Of a DNA stretch of 64,000 nt, positions 38,818 to 48,870 are shown piece by piece. Every line of letters starts with the position of its first letter. Position 1 is the first letter of the stretch. This DNA is from an uncultured Planctomycetota bacterium (GTDB taxonomy: Bacteria > Planctomycetota > PLA2 > JAEUHO01), in NCBI GenBank assembly GCA_963752285.1, contig CAVVXN010000005.1:864001-928000 (forward strand), read 5' to 3'. The position numbers were made by a program, and so were the translations under genes. A model generated the notes under the pieces. The model did not search any database, was not told the origin of the DNA, and was given only the letters and a program-made list of their open reading frames with translations.

Positions 38818-40338
38818 TCAGTCTCCGCGGAGCGCGATCGCCTCCCGGACGTGGGGCACGTCCACCTCGGCCGACCCCTCGAGGTCGGCGATCGTGCGCG
38901 CGACGCGGAGGACACGATGGATGCCGCGCCCGGTGAGCGAGAGGCCCCGGGCGCGCTCGACCAGGAGGCGCTCGGCGGCCCCGGTCGCGTCCACCGCGGC
39001 GGGGAGCGCGCGCGCCGGGAGCCGCGCGTTCCACGGCCGCGGAAACCGGTTCCGCCGGGCGCGGTCCACCTGCGCCGCGCACGCGCGGTCGAGCGCGGCG
39101 GTGGCCTGGGGGTCGGGCGGCGGCGCCGGACCGACCAGCTCCGCCGCGTCCACGCCCTCCACCTGGACCTGGAGGTCGAACCGGTCGCGGAGGGGGCCGG
39201 AGATCCGCGACCGGTACTTGCGGACGTCCTTCTCGGAGCACTTGCAGCGCGCGCCCGGGGCGCCCGCCCAGCCGCAGGGGCACGGGTTCATCGCCGCGAC
39301 GAGCACGACCTCCGCGGGGAGCCGCGCGCGGCCGGTCGCCCGGCCCAGCACGAGGTAGCCGTCCTCGAGCGGCTGGCGCAGGGACTCCAGGTGCGCGCGC
39401 GGGAACTCGGGCAGCTCGTCGAGGAAGAGGACGCCCAAGTGCGCCAGGCTCACCTCGCCCGGACGGAGCACCGTGCCGCCGCCTACCAGGCCCGCCAGAC
39501 TCGTCGTGTGGTGGGGCGCGCGGAAGGGCCGTTCGGTGAGGAGCCCGCCTTCGAGGAGGCCCGCGATGCTGTGCACGCGGCTCGCCTCGACGGACTCCTC
39601 CCAGGTGAGGTCGGGAAGGAGTCCTTGCACCGCGCGTGCGAGGAGCGTCTTTCCCGCGCCCGGCGGTCCACAGAGGAGGAGGTTGTGCGCGCCGGCGGCG
39701 GCGATCCGGGCGGCCCGGAGCCCGAACCGCTGTCCGCGCACGGCGGGCGCGGCGGCGCGCCGCGTCCGGGGCGTCCACGGGCGGGGCGTGACGACCGGCA
39801 GCGGCCGCTCGCCGGTCATGTGCCCCACCGCGTCCACGAGGGACCGAACCGCCACGACCTCGACGCCCGGCACCGCCGCGGCCTCGGCGGCGTTCGCGCT
39901 CGGGACGAGTACGCGCGTCACACGCTGGCGGCGTGCGGCCTCGGTCGCTGCCAGGACGCCTCGGACGCCCCGCACGCGCCCGTCCAACGCGAGCTCGCCG
40001 AGGCAGAGCCAGCCCGCGAGCCCGTCGGGCGCCCGGAGCACGCCGCCGGCGGCTAAGACGCCGAGCGCGATCGGGAGGTCGAGGGCCGAGCCCTCCTTCC
40101 GCGCCGCCGCCGGCGCGAGGTTCACCATGACGCGGAGCCAGGGCCATCCCCATCCGCCGTGCACGACCGCCGCGCGCACCCGTTCGCGACCCTCCCGGAG
40201 CGCGCTGTCCGGAAGCCCGACGACCCGGAAGTAGCCCTCGCCGTCCTCGTCGGGGCCCGAGACCGCCACCTGGACGTCCACGAGGCGCGCCTCGGCCCCG
40301 AAGACCGTCGCCCCCGTCAGCCGGACGAAGTACCGCAT
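38818..40338 (-). CDS. comM: ComM/YifB Mg-chelatase-like AAA+ ATPase
   Basis: VGLPD, VNLAPA..RKEG..LDLPIA, GPPGAGKT, RPFRAPHHT, LFLDELPEF, AAMNPCPCG, RVARTIADL. Confidence 0.94.
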   Translation of the reverse strand: MRYFVRLTGATVFGAEARLVDVQVAVSGPDEDGEGYFRVVGLPDSALREGRERVRAAVVHGGWGWPWLRVMVNLAPAAARKEGSALDLPIALGVLAAGGVLRAPDGLAGWLCLGELALDGRVRGVRGVLAATEAARRQRVTRVLVPSANAAEAAAVPGVEVVAVRSLVDAVGHMTGERPLPVVTPRPWTPRTRRAAAPAVRGQRFGLRAARIAAAGAHNLLLCGPPGAGKTLLARAVQGLLPDLTWEESVEASRVHSIAGLLEGGLLTERPFRAPHHTTSLAGLVGGGTVLRPGEVSLAHLGVLFLDELPEFPRAHLESLRQPLEDGYLVLGRATGRARLPAEVVLVAAMNPCPCGWAGAPGARCKCSEKDVRKYRSRISGPLRDRFDLQVQVEGVDAAELVGPAPPPDPQATAALDRACAAQVDRARRNRFPRPWNARLPARALPAAVDATGAAERLLVERARGLSLTGRGIHRVLRVARTIADLEGSAEVDVPHVREAIALRGD

Positions 40339-40404
40339 CGACGTACATCGCGCGGCACGCACGACCGGTCACGGCGCGCGACCGGATCGGACGCCCTCCA
40401 CGCC

Positions 40405-40738
40405 CCCGGCCTGCTCGCGCAGGCGCTGATCGAGCGCGAGATCCGGGCCGGCATGCGGCGAGAGGGAATCGGATCGCTCGAGATCTGCCCCGAAGAGCGA
40501 CCGAGCGCCTGCCCCACGGCCCCGCAGATCCTCCGCCTCTTCGCCTGCGCCGAGCGGCATGGGCTACGGGCCGAGGGGCGCCGCGTCCGGTCCCTCCCCC
40601 CGCCGTTTCCCCCGATCCAGACGGAGGTCCTGCATTTGCTCGGCGTACCCCGAGCTGCTTTCCACCGCTCCGCGGGAACCCGAATCGGAGGGCTCCGAAA
40701 ACCGCGGGAAACCGCGACCGGAATGTGCGGAATGTGAG
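40405..40738 (+). pseudogene. IS1634-family transposase C-terminal remnant with terminal sequence
   Basis: LLAQALIEREIRAGMRREGIGSLEICPEERPSACPTAPQILRLF...QTEVLHLLGVP, then GGAATGTGCGGAATGTGAG resembling an IS1634 end. Confidence 0.65.
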
Positions 40739-40921
40739 GCGCGCCGGATGCGGATGGCGGGCTTGGCAAGCGTCCGCCCACGGAAGCGGCCGACCGTGCG
40801 ATGGCCGAGAGCTATCCGGCGCGCCCAGACGCCCGGGGCCTAGCCCCCCGCAACCCCGCTGAGATTGCGCCCATCTCTCTTGACGAAGCCGGATCACGAA
40901 GCACACATGTCTGCACTTGCA

Positions 40922-41647
40922 TCACAGATACGGTGCAACGCGCTGAAAAGTATCTGTGTCGTCGAGCGCCTTGCGCGCATCACTGGCGAGATCTGCCAGA
41001 GTGCGCGCCAGATGGGCAGTGCGGCTTCTGTTGAGAGAGCGCAACTCTTCGGACGACCTGGCATCGCTGACAGCTGGCAAGTATGTAGACCGGGCCCACT
41101 CTCGGAACTCGAGCCAGCGCGTCACGAATATCCTCCGCACGGCAGCGGCTTCGCCCGAAGTTAGCGACGGCCCGTTCTTTTGAATCAAAGCCTGCCGATT
41201 GGCCCACACCGCTCGCAGATACTCGTTGACGTCATTGTCATGGAGACTAACGACAAGCGTCTGGAAGCGATCAGCGCTTTGGAAACTACGTGATGCCTCA
41301 TCGAAGAGCTCTGAGCTCGAGAACTGCGGAGCCGCATAGTGAGCCACTATAGCCTGTCTTGTATCCTCAACATCTCCAAGAGGGACATCATTGTGTTTCT
41401 CACTGAGGTCACGAACACGCTCCTGCAAATCCCTGATAGTACCTTCTCGAGCTGCCAGCTCCTGCCGCAGTGTTTGCACTTCACTGTCCGCTATAGCACA
41501 ACTTAGGTGCGGCTCGGACGGTGCTCGTACGTTCGGATGGTCGAGCGCCGGCACGCCCGGACGCGGTGCTGCACCACCGATCCAGAGCGCCCCTGCGCCG
41601 AGACCCAACAGGAAGCTCACAGCGGATGCGAGGAGTACCCTGCCCAT
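40922..41647 (-). CDS. N-terminally anchored coiled-coil/helical hypothetical protein
   Basis: MGRVLLASAVSFLLGLGAGALWI TM; heptad-like EVQTLRQELAAREGTIRDLQERVRDL; starts 13 nt after the upstream stop. Confidence 0.75.
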   Translation of the reverse strand: MGRVLLASAVSFLLGLGAGALWIGGAAPRPGVPALDHPNVRAPSEPHLSCAIADSEVQTLRQELAAREGTIRDLQERVRDLSEKHNDVPLGDVEDTRQAIVAHYAAPQFSSSELFDEASRSFQSADRFQTLVVSLHDNDVNEYLRAVWANRQALIQKNGPSLTSGEAAAVRRIFVTRWLEFREWARSTYLPAVSDARSSEELRSLNRSRTAHLARTLADLASDARKALDDTDTFQRVAPYL

Positions 41648-41838
41648 GGTTGCTCCCGATCATGGATTGGACGAGACGGACGTCACGGCCCTACCCACCC
41701 TGAATTCCACCGCGACAGCAATGGGGTACGAGCACTCCCCAATCGTGAAAGAGTACGTGACCGTTCCCGTGGAGGTTGCGTTTCCTGTGCCACCTGCCAT
41801 GCGTTGCGCAACCATGCAAAGTATCGCGGGATTCGCGC

Positions 41839-43240
41839 GGCGGAGCAACATTTCTTCTGTAAATCCGAATTGACGTGATCAGTCCTCGTGCCTCGGCAGG
41901 TACCTTCGTCCGGTCTCCCACTCCTCGCTGATCTCCATGAGCACCGCGCTCACGAGCCGGAGGAGGGATGCTTCGTTGGGGAAGAGCCGCGCCACTCGGG
42001 TGCGCCTCTTGATCTGCTGGTTCAGGTTCTCGACGCCGTTCGTCGTGCGCAGGCGCTTTCGCTGCGCCTCGGTGAGGCCGAGATCGAAGACGGTGAAGCC
42101 GTCCGGCACGCTCTCCTCGGCCCACGTTGCGAGGCGGGGGGCCGTGTCGCGCCAGGTGGCCACTGCGGCCGCGAGCTTCTCCGTCGCCTCGCGGCGCGTA
42201 CTGGCGTTGAACACGCCGCGCAGCAGGGCGGCGGCCTTGGCGCGGTCGGCGACATGGGGCACGTAGGCCTGGGCGTTCTGCTGCAGGTGGAACTGGCAGC
42301 GCTGCCAGGCCACGCCGGCGAAGCGCGCCGCGAGAGCCGCGCGAAGGCCCTCGTGGTCGTCGCTGGTGATCAGCTGGACCCCGTGCAGGCCGCGGGCCTG
42401 CAGCGACTCGAGGAACGTCCGCCAGTGAACCTCGGCTTCCGAGAGGCTCACGCTCACGCCCAGGATCTGCCGGTGCCCGTCCTGGGCCACACCGACCGCG
42501 ATCAGGACCGCGCAGTCCCGCACCGAACCGCTGTGGCGCACCTTCTCGTAGCGGGCGTCGAGGACCAGGTAGTCGAAGCGGTCCAGGGGGCGACAGCGCC
42601 ACGTCTCCAGCTCGGCGTCGATCTCCGCCGCCGCCCGCGACACCGCCGTCGAGCTGATCTCGAGCGTCCCGCACAGCTCCTGGGTGATGGAGGCCACGCG
42701 GCGGGTGGACACGCCCTGGACGTACATCTCGGCGACCGCCAGGCGCAGCGCCCGCTCCGAGCGCTGGCCGCGTTCGAGGCACTGCGGGTAGAACGGCTCG
42801 CCGTCCGGGACGCCGCGGACCTGGGGGACGTCCAGCGTGATTTTCCCCACCCGGGTGGCCACGGTCTTGGGCTTGAACCCGTTCGCGTGGCCGCGCCGGG
42901 ACGTGGACCGCTCGTACGGGGCGGCCCCCATGAAGGCGGCACGCTCGATCTTCATGACCTCGTTGAGCAGCACGCGGATCGCCTCGCCCATGCCGCTGAA
43001 GCCCTCTTCAGCGACCACTTCCAGAATCCGATCAATGGACGTAGCCTGCGGGTGGTGGGTCACGCCGGTTCCTCCTGCTTGGTTGGCACCTGCAGTTGGA
43101 TCGGCGCTGATCCGCCACCTCTTTCCCCCCGGCGCGCTCGCGCCGGGGCCCTCTCGCTTCCGCTCGCTACGCTCGCTGCAGCGAGAGGGCCCCGGCTCTT
43201 CCGGTCGGGGAGTCTTTTACAGAACGAACGTTACACCCCC
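41839..43240 (-). mobile_element. Intact IS256-family insertion sequence (1402 bp) with 8-bp target-site duplication
   Basis: Imperfect IRs GGCGGAGCAACATTTCTTCTGTAAA and GGGGGTGTAACGTTCGTTCTGTAAA; ATTCGCGC at both 41831-41838 and 43241-43248. Confidence 0.95.
41879..43063 (-). CDS. IS256-family DDE transposase
   Basis: [64 protein letters not shown]. Confidence 0.96.
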   Translation of the reverse strand: MTHHPQATSIDRILEVVAEEGFSGMGEAIRVLLNEVMKIERAAFMGAAPYERSTSRRGHANGFKPKTVATRVGKITLDVPQVRGVPDGEPFYPQCLERGQRSERALRLAVAEMYVQGVSTRRVASITQELCGTLEISSTAVSRAAAEIDAELETWRCRPLDRFDYLVLDARYEKVRHSGSVRDCAVLIAVGVAQDGHRQILGVSVSLSEAEVHWRTFLESLQARGLHGVQLITSDDHEGLRAALAARFAGVAWQRCQFHLQQNAQAYVPHVADRAKAAALLRGVFNASTRREATEKLAAAVATWRDTAPRLATWAEESVPDGFTVFDLGLTEAQRKRLRTTNGVENLNQQIKRRTRVARLFPNEASLLRLVSAVLMEISEEWETGRRYLPRHED

Positions 43241-43639
43241 ATTCGCGCTGGCTCCGGTGGATGTCACCGTGAAGCTCGTTGATCCGTTTGGGAACGTGGA
43301 AATCACCTTGTCCTTCCCTCGGACGTGCGCCACGGCGGCCCCGGTCACGGTCGCGCCAGGCGCTGCGGCCTGATGCTGACTTGACGTCGACTGCGAGATC
43401 GAGTCGTACATGATCTGCGCATTTGCACTCGGGCAGTCGCGACCGACTTCGGGCACCGAGATGGCGGCCGTGTACACCCCGCGGCTCGTCTCAGGGATCG
43501 GCGTAGCGTTGGCTTCGCTGACCAGAATCACGATCAGCAGAGCGGCTCCGAACCGCAACAGGCGAAGCACCTCGTAGGCCCGATGCATACGATTCTCACC
43601 TGGAGGCGGCCGGCCAAATCCGACCACGACATACTACCC

Positions 43640-43800
43640 CGCACCCGGCCCCCCTCGAGCCGCCTCACCTTCCCCGTGGCCAGCACCACCCGCGTCGCGT
43701 AGCGCGCCAGCCGCTCGGCCCGCTCCCGTTCGCCGGCCGCCACCCGGTGCGTCGCGTCCACCGAGAACCCCGACCTCGACCAGGCGAGGAACCGCGCCCG
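43640..43800 (-). pseudogene. IS91-family (Y2) transposase internal remnant
   Basis: FLAWSRSGFSVDATHRVAAGERERAERLARYATRVVLA matches the SGFSV...ERLARY pattern. Confidence 0.6.
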
Positions 43801-44133
43801 CGTCTCTCCTCCCGCCAGGGGTCCAGCCGGCAGGGCCGCCGAACCGTCGGGCGCCGGACCGGGATCTCCTCCCGTACAAGCGCCCGCCGCACGGTCTTCA
43901 CGTTCAACCCGAACTTCCGGGCCAGCTCCTTCTTCGGGACTCCCTCCACGAAATGCTGGTGACGGATCTCGGCCCACTGCGACATTCTGATCACCTCCGG
44001 GGTCCTTCCGGTTGGGGTTCGCGACGGCTGTGTCCAACCGGCTCGATACCCCTCCGGGAGGACCCCTCTCTCGCCCCCCGCGGGGGTCCCTTTTCAGGGG
44101 GCCGCGGGGTCCCTTTTCAGAATGCCGCCTCCA
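43800..44133 (-). pseudogene. IS21-family left end and istA N-terminal remnant
   Basis: MSQWAEIRHQHFVEGVPKKELARKFGLNVKTVRRAL HTH; tandem end repeats GGGGTCCCTTTTCAG at 44083-44097 and 44106-44120; TG terminus at 44133 on the minus strand. Confidence 0.75.
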
Positions 44134-44263
44134 ATCAGGCCCCAGCGGCTGCCTTGGGGGCGCGCACTGACGCCTACGGGTCCAATCGCACGTACAGTAG
44201 CGTGGACGCTGTATCTTGGCGCCCATCATTCCTACCGTCGCACCCATCGCAGGTGGAGAACGC

Positions 44264-44761
44264 ATGAAGCTGACGAGCACAATTCCCATCGGTCTCTCGG
44301 TCCTGATGCTCGGGCTCGCACTGGCGGAGCTCGCACAGGCTGGGTGGTACCCCCTTCCGAATCCGAACACGCCCCCGAAACAGATCACCGCGGGAACGGA
44401 TCCGGATGCGCTCAACGGGCGGTTCAAGTTCAAGCAGGACAAGACCACAGCGACGACGAACTTCAGAGCACGCTGCAACCCGTGCCCGATTTGCGATTAC
44501 AATCCCTACGTTGCCGCAGAGATCACGGCCGTAGCCAAAGACTCCGGCGGCGTCGTCATCACGACCGCAACGCAGACTTCCGCCGAGTGCCTGTGCCCCC
44601 TGTCGGTTACCCCGGTGGATATTGAGAATGCGGGAGGCGCCACACAACTTGTTGTGTCGGCGAAGGTGAAGTGTGGATGCTGCGGCGAGATGGGACTGCC
44701 TGAGGACGCCGTCGACCTTACCGACATCGACCCAATCACTCTCCCCACTCTCACCTTGTAG
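44264..44761 (+). CDS. Small secreted Cys-rich protein (165 aa, 8 Cys)
   Basis: GGTGGAG RBS; signal peptide ending AQA; Cys clusters CNPCPIC, CLC, CGCC. Confidence 0.82.
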   Translation: MKLTSTIPIGLSVLMLGLALAELAQAGWYPLPNPNTPPKQITAGTDPDALNGRFKFKQDKTTATTNFRARCNPCPICDYNPYVAAEITAVAKDSGGVVITTATQTSAECLCPLSVTPVDIENAGGATQLVVSAKVKCGCCGEMGLPEDAVDLTDIDPITLPTLTL

Positions 44762-44906
44762 TCCAGATGAGGGTCGCGACCGCTTTGCCTTGGGGGGGTG
44801 ACACGGCACGGGCACAGCACCCCCGCCAGGCGCCTAGGGCTTATACGTGAGCCATCGCCGATTCCATTGGCTTGATCGATCGGACCCGCCGAAACAAGAG
44901 GGGGCG

Positions 44907-46985
44907 ATGCACGCAACGAGCAAGAAGCTACTGGCCTTTGTGGTCATCAGCCTCATCCTACTCGTGCTTGGACTCCTGCCCCTGGTGGTCGAGGCCCCCG
45001 GCCCCGGCGGTCCCTCTTTGCACGGGGCGACGAGCGAGGGTGGGAACGAGCCTCCACGCCTCCGGGGCCAGCCAGCCGATATCCATGTCGGCGCAGAGGA
45101 GCACGCTGAGAACCCAGCTGCTGGCGGGCTCCAATCATGTCGCATCCAAGCGGTAGCTCCCGACGGCACCGCGGTACCTGGGGCCTCCGTAGATGTCCTG
45201 CCCGCAGGATCTCCGGATGCCGCTCGCCACTGCACCACCTCGTCGGATGGCACCTGCAGCGTCGCGTGTAGAGAGGGGCTATATCGTGTTGCCGTAAGAC
45301 ACCTGGGATACGCAGGCTGTAACGTGCCGTGGCGGTGTCCCAGCGAACTCACTGTCCAACTTGCTCGCGGAGTTCGCGTGCTTGTCAGTACCGAGGGCTG
45401 GCCTGACGAACTCGTCGCATGTGCAGCTTTCAGCTTCCGTGATGCTGCTGGACAGGTAAGTGCCGCCTCAATGGGATCTGACAGAGCTTCGCTGCTTGAC
45501 GTGGGGCTTGCGAACCCGGGACTCGGCCAGTTGCGCCTTGACCAGCCCGTTCGGTCAGCGTGGGATTTCGTAATCCCGGAGGTTGGACCAGTCACCCTAG
45601 ATCCGCCCGTGCCTGCTCTCGGCACGGTTCGGGTGGTCGTGGACCCGCGAGACCGCTCCCTACCGGGGCCGTGGCGCCTGAGGCTGCTTCCGCTTGAGTG
45701 GGTATCTCGAGTCGGCGGCGCCGGTACCCAGTCAGATCCGAACTTTCATGTACTGAAGGACATCGCCGTACGCGACACATCTACGATCTCAGGCCTGATC
45801 TCCGGCTCCTATCTACTGCGGCTGGATGGACCAGAGGCCGCGCCGTCGTTCTCTGTCGTTGATGTCCCTGCTGATGCTGGGGGTCCGCAGACCACTATGA
45901 CTGTGCAGATGCGACCGGCGCGTGGGGTGGCGCTACACTGGGTGGGAATCTCCGAGCTCACTTCCTGCCGCGTTTGGTTTGTCGGATCCGACAATCTCAC
46001 GCACGAGATACCCGGGGCACACGTCGATTTGTCTCGCTTCGCGTGGTCGGCGATCCGAGCGGACCGGCACCCCATCCTGGAGCTCGATGCAACGGCCAAC
46101 GGGCGTAGCGAGGTCGCTGCGGCGGCCCCGCCCGATGCGCGAGTCCGGCTCGAGGGGCGGGACGACAGCTTCACGTATGTTTCCAACGTAACTGTTTCCA
46201 GCTACACCGGTAACCCTATTCAACCGTCGCGCTGGGAAACAGTAGGTTTGACGATTCACCGCGGTGACGGACAACCGTTGGGGCAAGGCAACATCAGGAT
46301 ATCGGCAGAACTTCCGGACATGCGGGTTGTGACGGTCGCGGCCAGGCCAATCAGCGGGTCCCCTTTCCTGAGCATCGAGGACCTCAGACCGGACCGGGAG
46401 TACCAGGTTGAGCTCGACACCGCCGCTGGCACCTGGGCGGGAGCGGTGGCTACGAGGGGACCCGCAGAATACAGGGTTGACCTCTCCCGGACGGTGCCGC
46501 GGGGGACCACCAGTCATGTGTACGTCGAGGACGAGAGAAACGTTGGGATTGAGGGTGTTAGCGTTGGTGTACTGACTGGTCCCACCCGTGGCCAGTGGAC
46601 TGCGACAGACTCCAGTGGAGTAGCTACGATCCTGGTGAACCCGGGGCCGGCAGTGTTGATTACTGCGTGGGCTGTCGGTCGCGTATCAAAGGAGGCCTGG
46701 GTCACGTCGGGTGGGAAGGCCACCGTGGCTCTTGTTCCAAGTACGCTGCAGAGAGTGAGTCTGAGCGCGGAGGACGCCGGCTCACGTGGCGAACTCGTTG
46801 TTTCTGATGGTGCGGTGGAACTGCGCCGGATTCAGATCGCGAGGTGGTTTGGGGGTCGTCTGGACCTCACGGGTCTGCCGGGAAAGGAACTGACGTTTTC
46901 CTTTCGCCCTTCGGAGTCTGCCGGGACATTGACTGGTACGTCACAGCTATCGGCACCAGGCACATACGAAGTGCACCTGCGGTAG
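44907..46985 (+). CDS. N-terminally anchored carboxypeptidase-regulatory-like beta-sandwich repeat protein
   Basis: TM LLAFVVISLILLVLGLLPLVV; repeats PDGTAVPGASV...TTSSDG, DERNVGIEGVSV...TDSSG; ends PGTYEVHLR. Confidence 0.8.
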   Translation: MHATSKKLLAFVVISLILLVLGLLPLVVEAPGPGGPSLHGATSEGGNEPPRLRGQPADIHVGAEEHAENPAAGGLQSCRIQAVAPDGTAVPGASVDVLPAGSPDAARHCTTSSDGTCSVACREGLYRVAVRHLGYAGCNVPWRCPSELTVQLARGVRVLVSTEGWPDELVACAAFSFRDAAGQVSAASMGSDRASLLDVGLANPGLGQLRLDQPVRSAWDFVIPEVGPVTLDPPVPALGTVRVVVDPRDRSLPGPWRLRLLPLEWVSRVGGAGTQSDPNFHVLKDIAVRDTSTISGLISGSYLLRLDGPEAAPSFSVVDVPADAGGPQTTMTVQMRPARGVALHWVGISELTSCRVWFVGSDNLTHEIPGAHVDLSRFAWSAIRADRHPILELDATANGRSEVAAAAPPDARVRLEGRDDSFTYVSNVTVSSYTGNPIQPSRWETVGLTIHRGDGQPLGQGNIRISAELPDMRVVTVAARPISGSPFLSIEDLRPDREYQVELDTAAGTWAGAVATRGPAEYRVDLSRTVPRGTTSHVYVEDERNVGIEGVSVGVLTGPTRGQWTATDSSGVATILVNPGPAVLITAWAVGRVSKEAWVTSGGKATVALVPSTLQRVSLSAEDAGSRGELVVSDGAVELRRIQIARWFGGRLDLTGLPGKELTFSFRPSESAGTLTGTSQLSAPGTYEVHLR

Positions 46986-46994
46986 GAGCGAGAG

Positions 46995-47447
46995 ATGTCG
47001 GGGCACGCTGCGCAGGTTCTCAGGGGGTCCCTCGGCCTGATCCTAATCGGGGCCGCCGTCCTGAAGTTGCAGAGCGTCGCCAACCCCGAAGTCTTGCAGA
47101 CCTTTGCCGCGGAGGTTCCGCGTGGCGAGCCTTGGCTGATGCGAACGGTGTACGTGATCGAAGGCATACTCGGCGTTGCCCTGGTCTGTGGTGTGATGCC
47201 TCGGACGGCAGCGCTTGCTGGGTTGCTCGCCACGGCAGTGGCATCGTACGAGTACTACGTCAGGTCAGGAGGTGCGAGCGGAGGTGTCGCGAAGCGTTGT
47301 GGGTGCTTCGGGAGCACAGGTACGCACGCGTCGTCGGGAGTCGTTCCGCTCTGGGTCCATTTCGCTCTGTACGGGGCTGGATTCACGCTCGTGGTGCTAT
47401 CTGGTCGAAGGACAAGGGTGGTCGCGCGTGATGGGCCCATTGGGTGA
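46995..47447 (+). CDS. MauE/DoxX-family membrane protein
   Basis: LIGAAVLKL, IEGILG and CGCFG motifs; about four TM segments; GGAG RBS; starts 9 nt after the upstream stop. Confidence 0.85.
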   Translation: MSGHAAQVLRGSLGLILIGAAVLKLQSVANPEVLQTFAAEVPRGEPWLMRTVYVIEGILGVALVCGVMPRTAALAGLLATAVASYEYYVRSGGASGGVAKRCGCFGSTGTHASSGVVPLWVHFALYGAGFTLVVLSGRRTRVVARDGPIG

Positions 47448-47641
47448 ATCACGTGCTTCATACGATTCCCCAACGCCCTGTGGGACTACGCATAGGACAT
47501 TGAATCCTCGTCGTGGGCGGCGTCGCGTGGTCGCGCAAGGGTTGTGTCGACCGCTTCGCACCTCCTCGCGCTCGGGATCTGCGCCGTACGTATGAACCGC
47601 GGTCTGGGAAGTCATCACTTTCCGCGGTGTTGTGGTGCTCA

Positions 47642-47758
47642 GTCTCCTTCCTCCCCCGCTCATTGAACGGACCGTCTCCTTCGGCCGTCTCCTTCTCCGG
47701 CGCGAGCTGAAGGCGCCGGGGATGCTCGAGGCGCCCGGTCTCCTTCGCGGTCTCCTTC
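47642..47758. repeat. Five copies of the 9-mer GTCTCCTTC
   Basis: Copies start at 47642, 47674, 47687, 47738 and 47750. Confidence 0.8.
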
Positions 47759-48367
47759 CGGCGCGCCGGAGGAGGCCCGCTAATGGCCGCCCGCGCCTGT
47801 CCCCTGCCGGTGGCAACCTGTGCGCCGTGAACAGCGTTCGCTCCATGACCCCGGCTCACCCCGCCCTGGGGGAAGGCTGGCAGTCCGCCATGGACCGCTC
47901 GCGCCCGCCTGCTAGTGGCCAGCGCGCGCCCGCCCGCGACCTGCGGGAACCGGCCGCCATGGAACTCCACGCACGGGCGCACGAGGCACGGGCGTCGCCG
48001 ATGCGCGACGCCGCGGTCGCGCTGGACGTGTCGCCCCCCCGCCACGCGGCGGTGCGCCTCAACATCGGGGGGTAGCTCTCGAGTCCCCCTCAGCCACCCG
48101 CGCAGCAGCTCGGAAGGCCCTCGGTCCGGCTCTGCTACCAGGAGGATGCGGCCTCCAGCCTGATGCCGCTGAAGCAGCCGAGGCTGTGCAGGGGGGGAGT
48201 TCCGCTCGCCACTCGACCGTGCGCACCACCAGACCGCGGAAGGCGATGACATTTCACACCGCCGCTCGCACCGTACGGGCCCATGCCCGGATTCTCGGCA
48301 CTCTGGGTCCCTCTCGCAAGGCCCGGGGCGGCCAACGGGGACGTACCGCTCCCGCCCGCCTCCACAC

Positions 48368-48800
48368 GACGGGGGACCTGGAGATCCACCACACCGACCC
48401 GGGTCTTGACCTTCTTGGGCTTGTAGCCATTGGCATGGCCCCGTCGTTCCGAGCTGCGCTCGTGGGGGGAGGCGCCGAGGAAGGCGCTCCGCTCGAGCTT
48501 CATCGCCTCGTTCATGAGCACAGCGATTGCCTCGGCCATGCCGTCGAATCCCTCTTCAGCCAGCGTGCTGAACACCCGATCGATCGGCGTACGATCTCCG
48601 CGGTCGGTCACGTCGAGCTCCTCTGCTTGGTGTGGTTACCTGCAGTTGAGTCGGCGCTGACCGGCCGCTACTTGTCCCCCGGGGCGGGCGCCGGGGGGCG
48701 GGCGCCTCCTTGCTTCCGCTCGCTACGCTCGCTTTAGCAAGAAGGCGCCCGCCCCCCGTCCATCCTCGAAGGTGAGTTACAGAAAGAACGGTACACCCTC
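48368..48800 (-). pseudogene. Divergent IS256-family left end and transposase N-terminal remnant
   Basis: IR GAGGGTGTACCGTTCTTTCTGTAA at 48800; IDRVFSTLAEEGFDGMAEAI...GHANGYKPKKVKTRVGVVDLQVPR, then similarity stops. Confidence 0.85.
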
Positions 48801-48870
48801 TGCATTGACGGTGAGGTATGCTGCTGGGTGCGAGGGGATCGCCCCTCGCACCCAGCAGCAGGAGATCACC

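Larger units (their letters stand above)
41660..43588 (-). pseudogene. Secreted beta-rich protein (172 aa when reconstructed) interrupted by IS256
   Basis: 5' part 43588-43241 (signal peptide ...VILVSEANA) joins in frame to 3' part 41830-41660 once the IS and one ATTCGCGC copy are removed: ...TSTGASAN|PAILCMVAQR...SSNP*. Confidence 0.85.

Noticed and set aside
38818..40400. comM disrupted by island integration
   Set aside because: The frame is complete from a plausible N-terminus, and no comM fragment or att repeat is seen at the other island edge.
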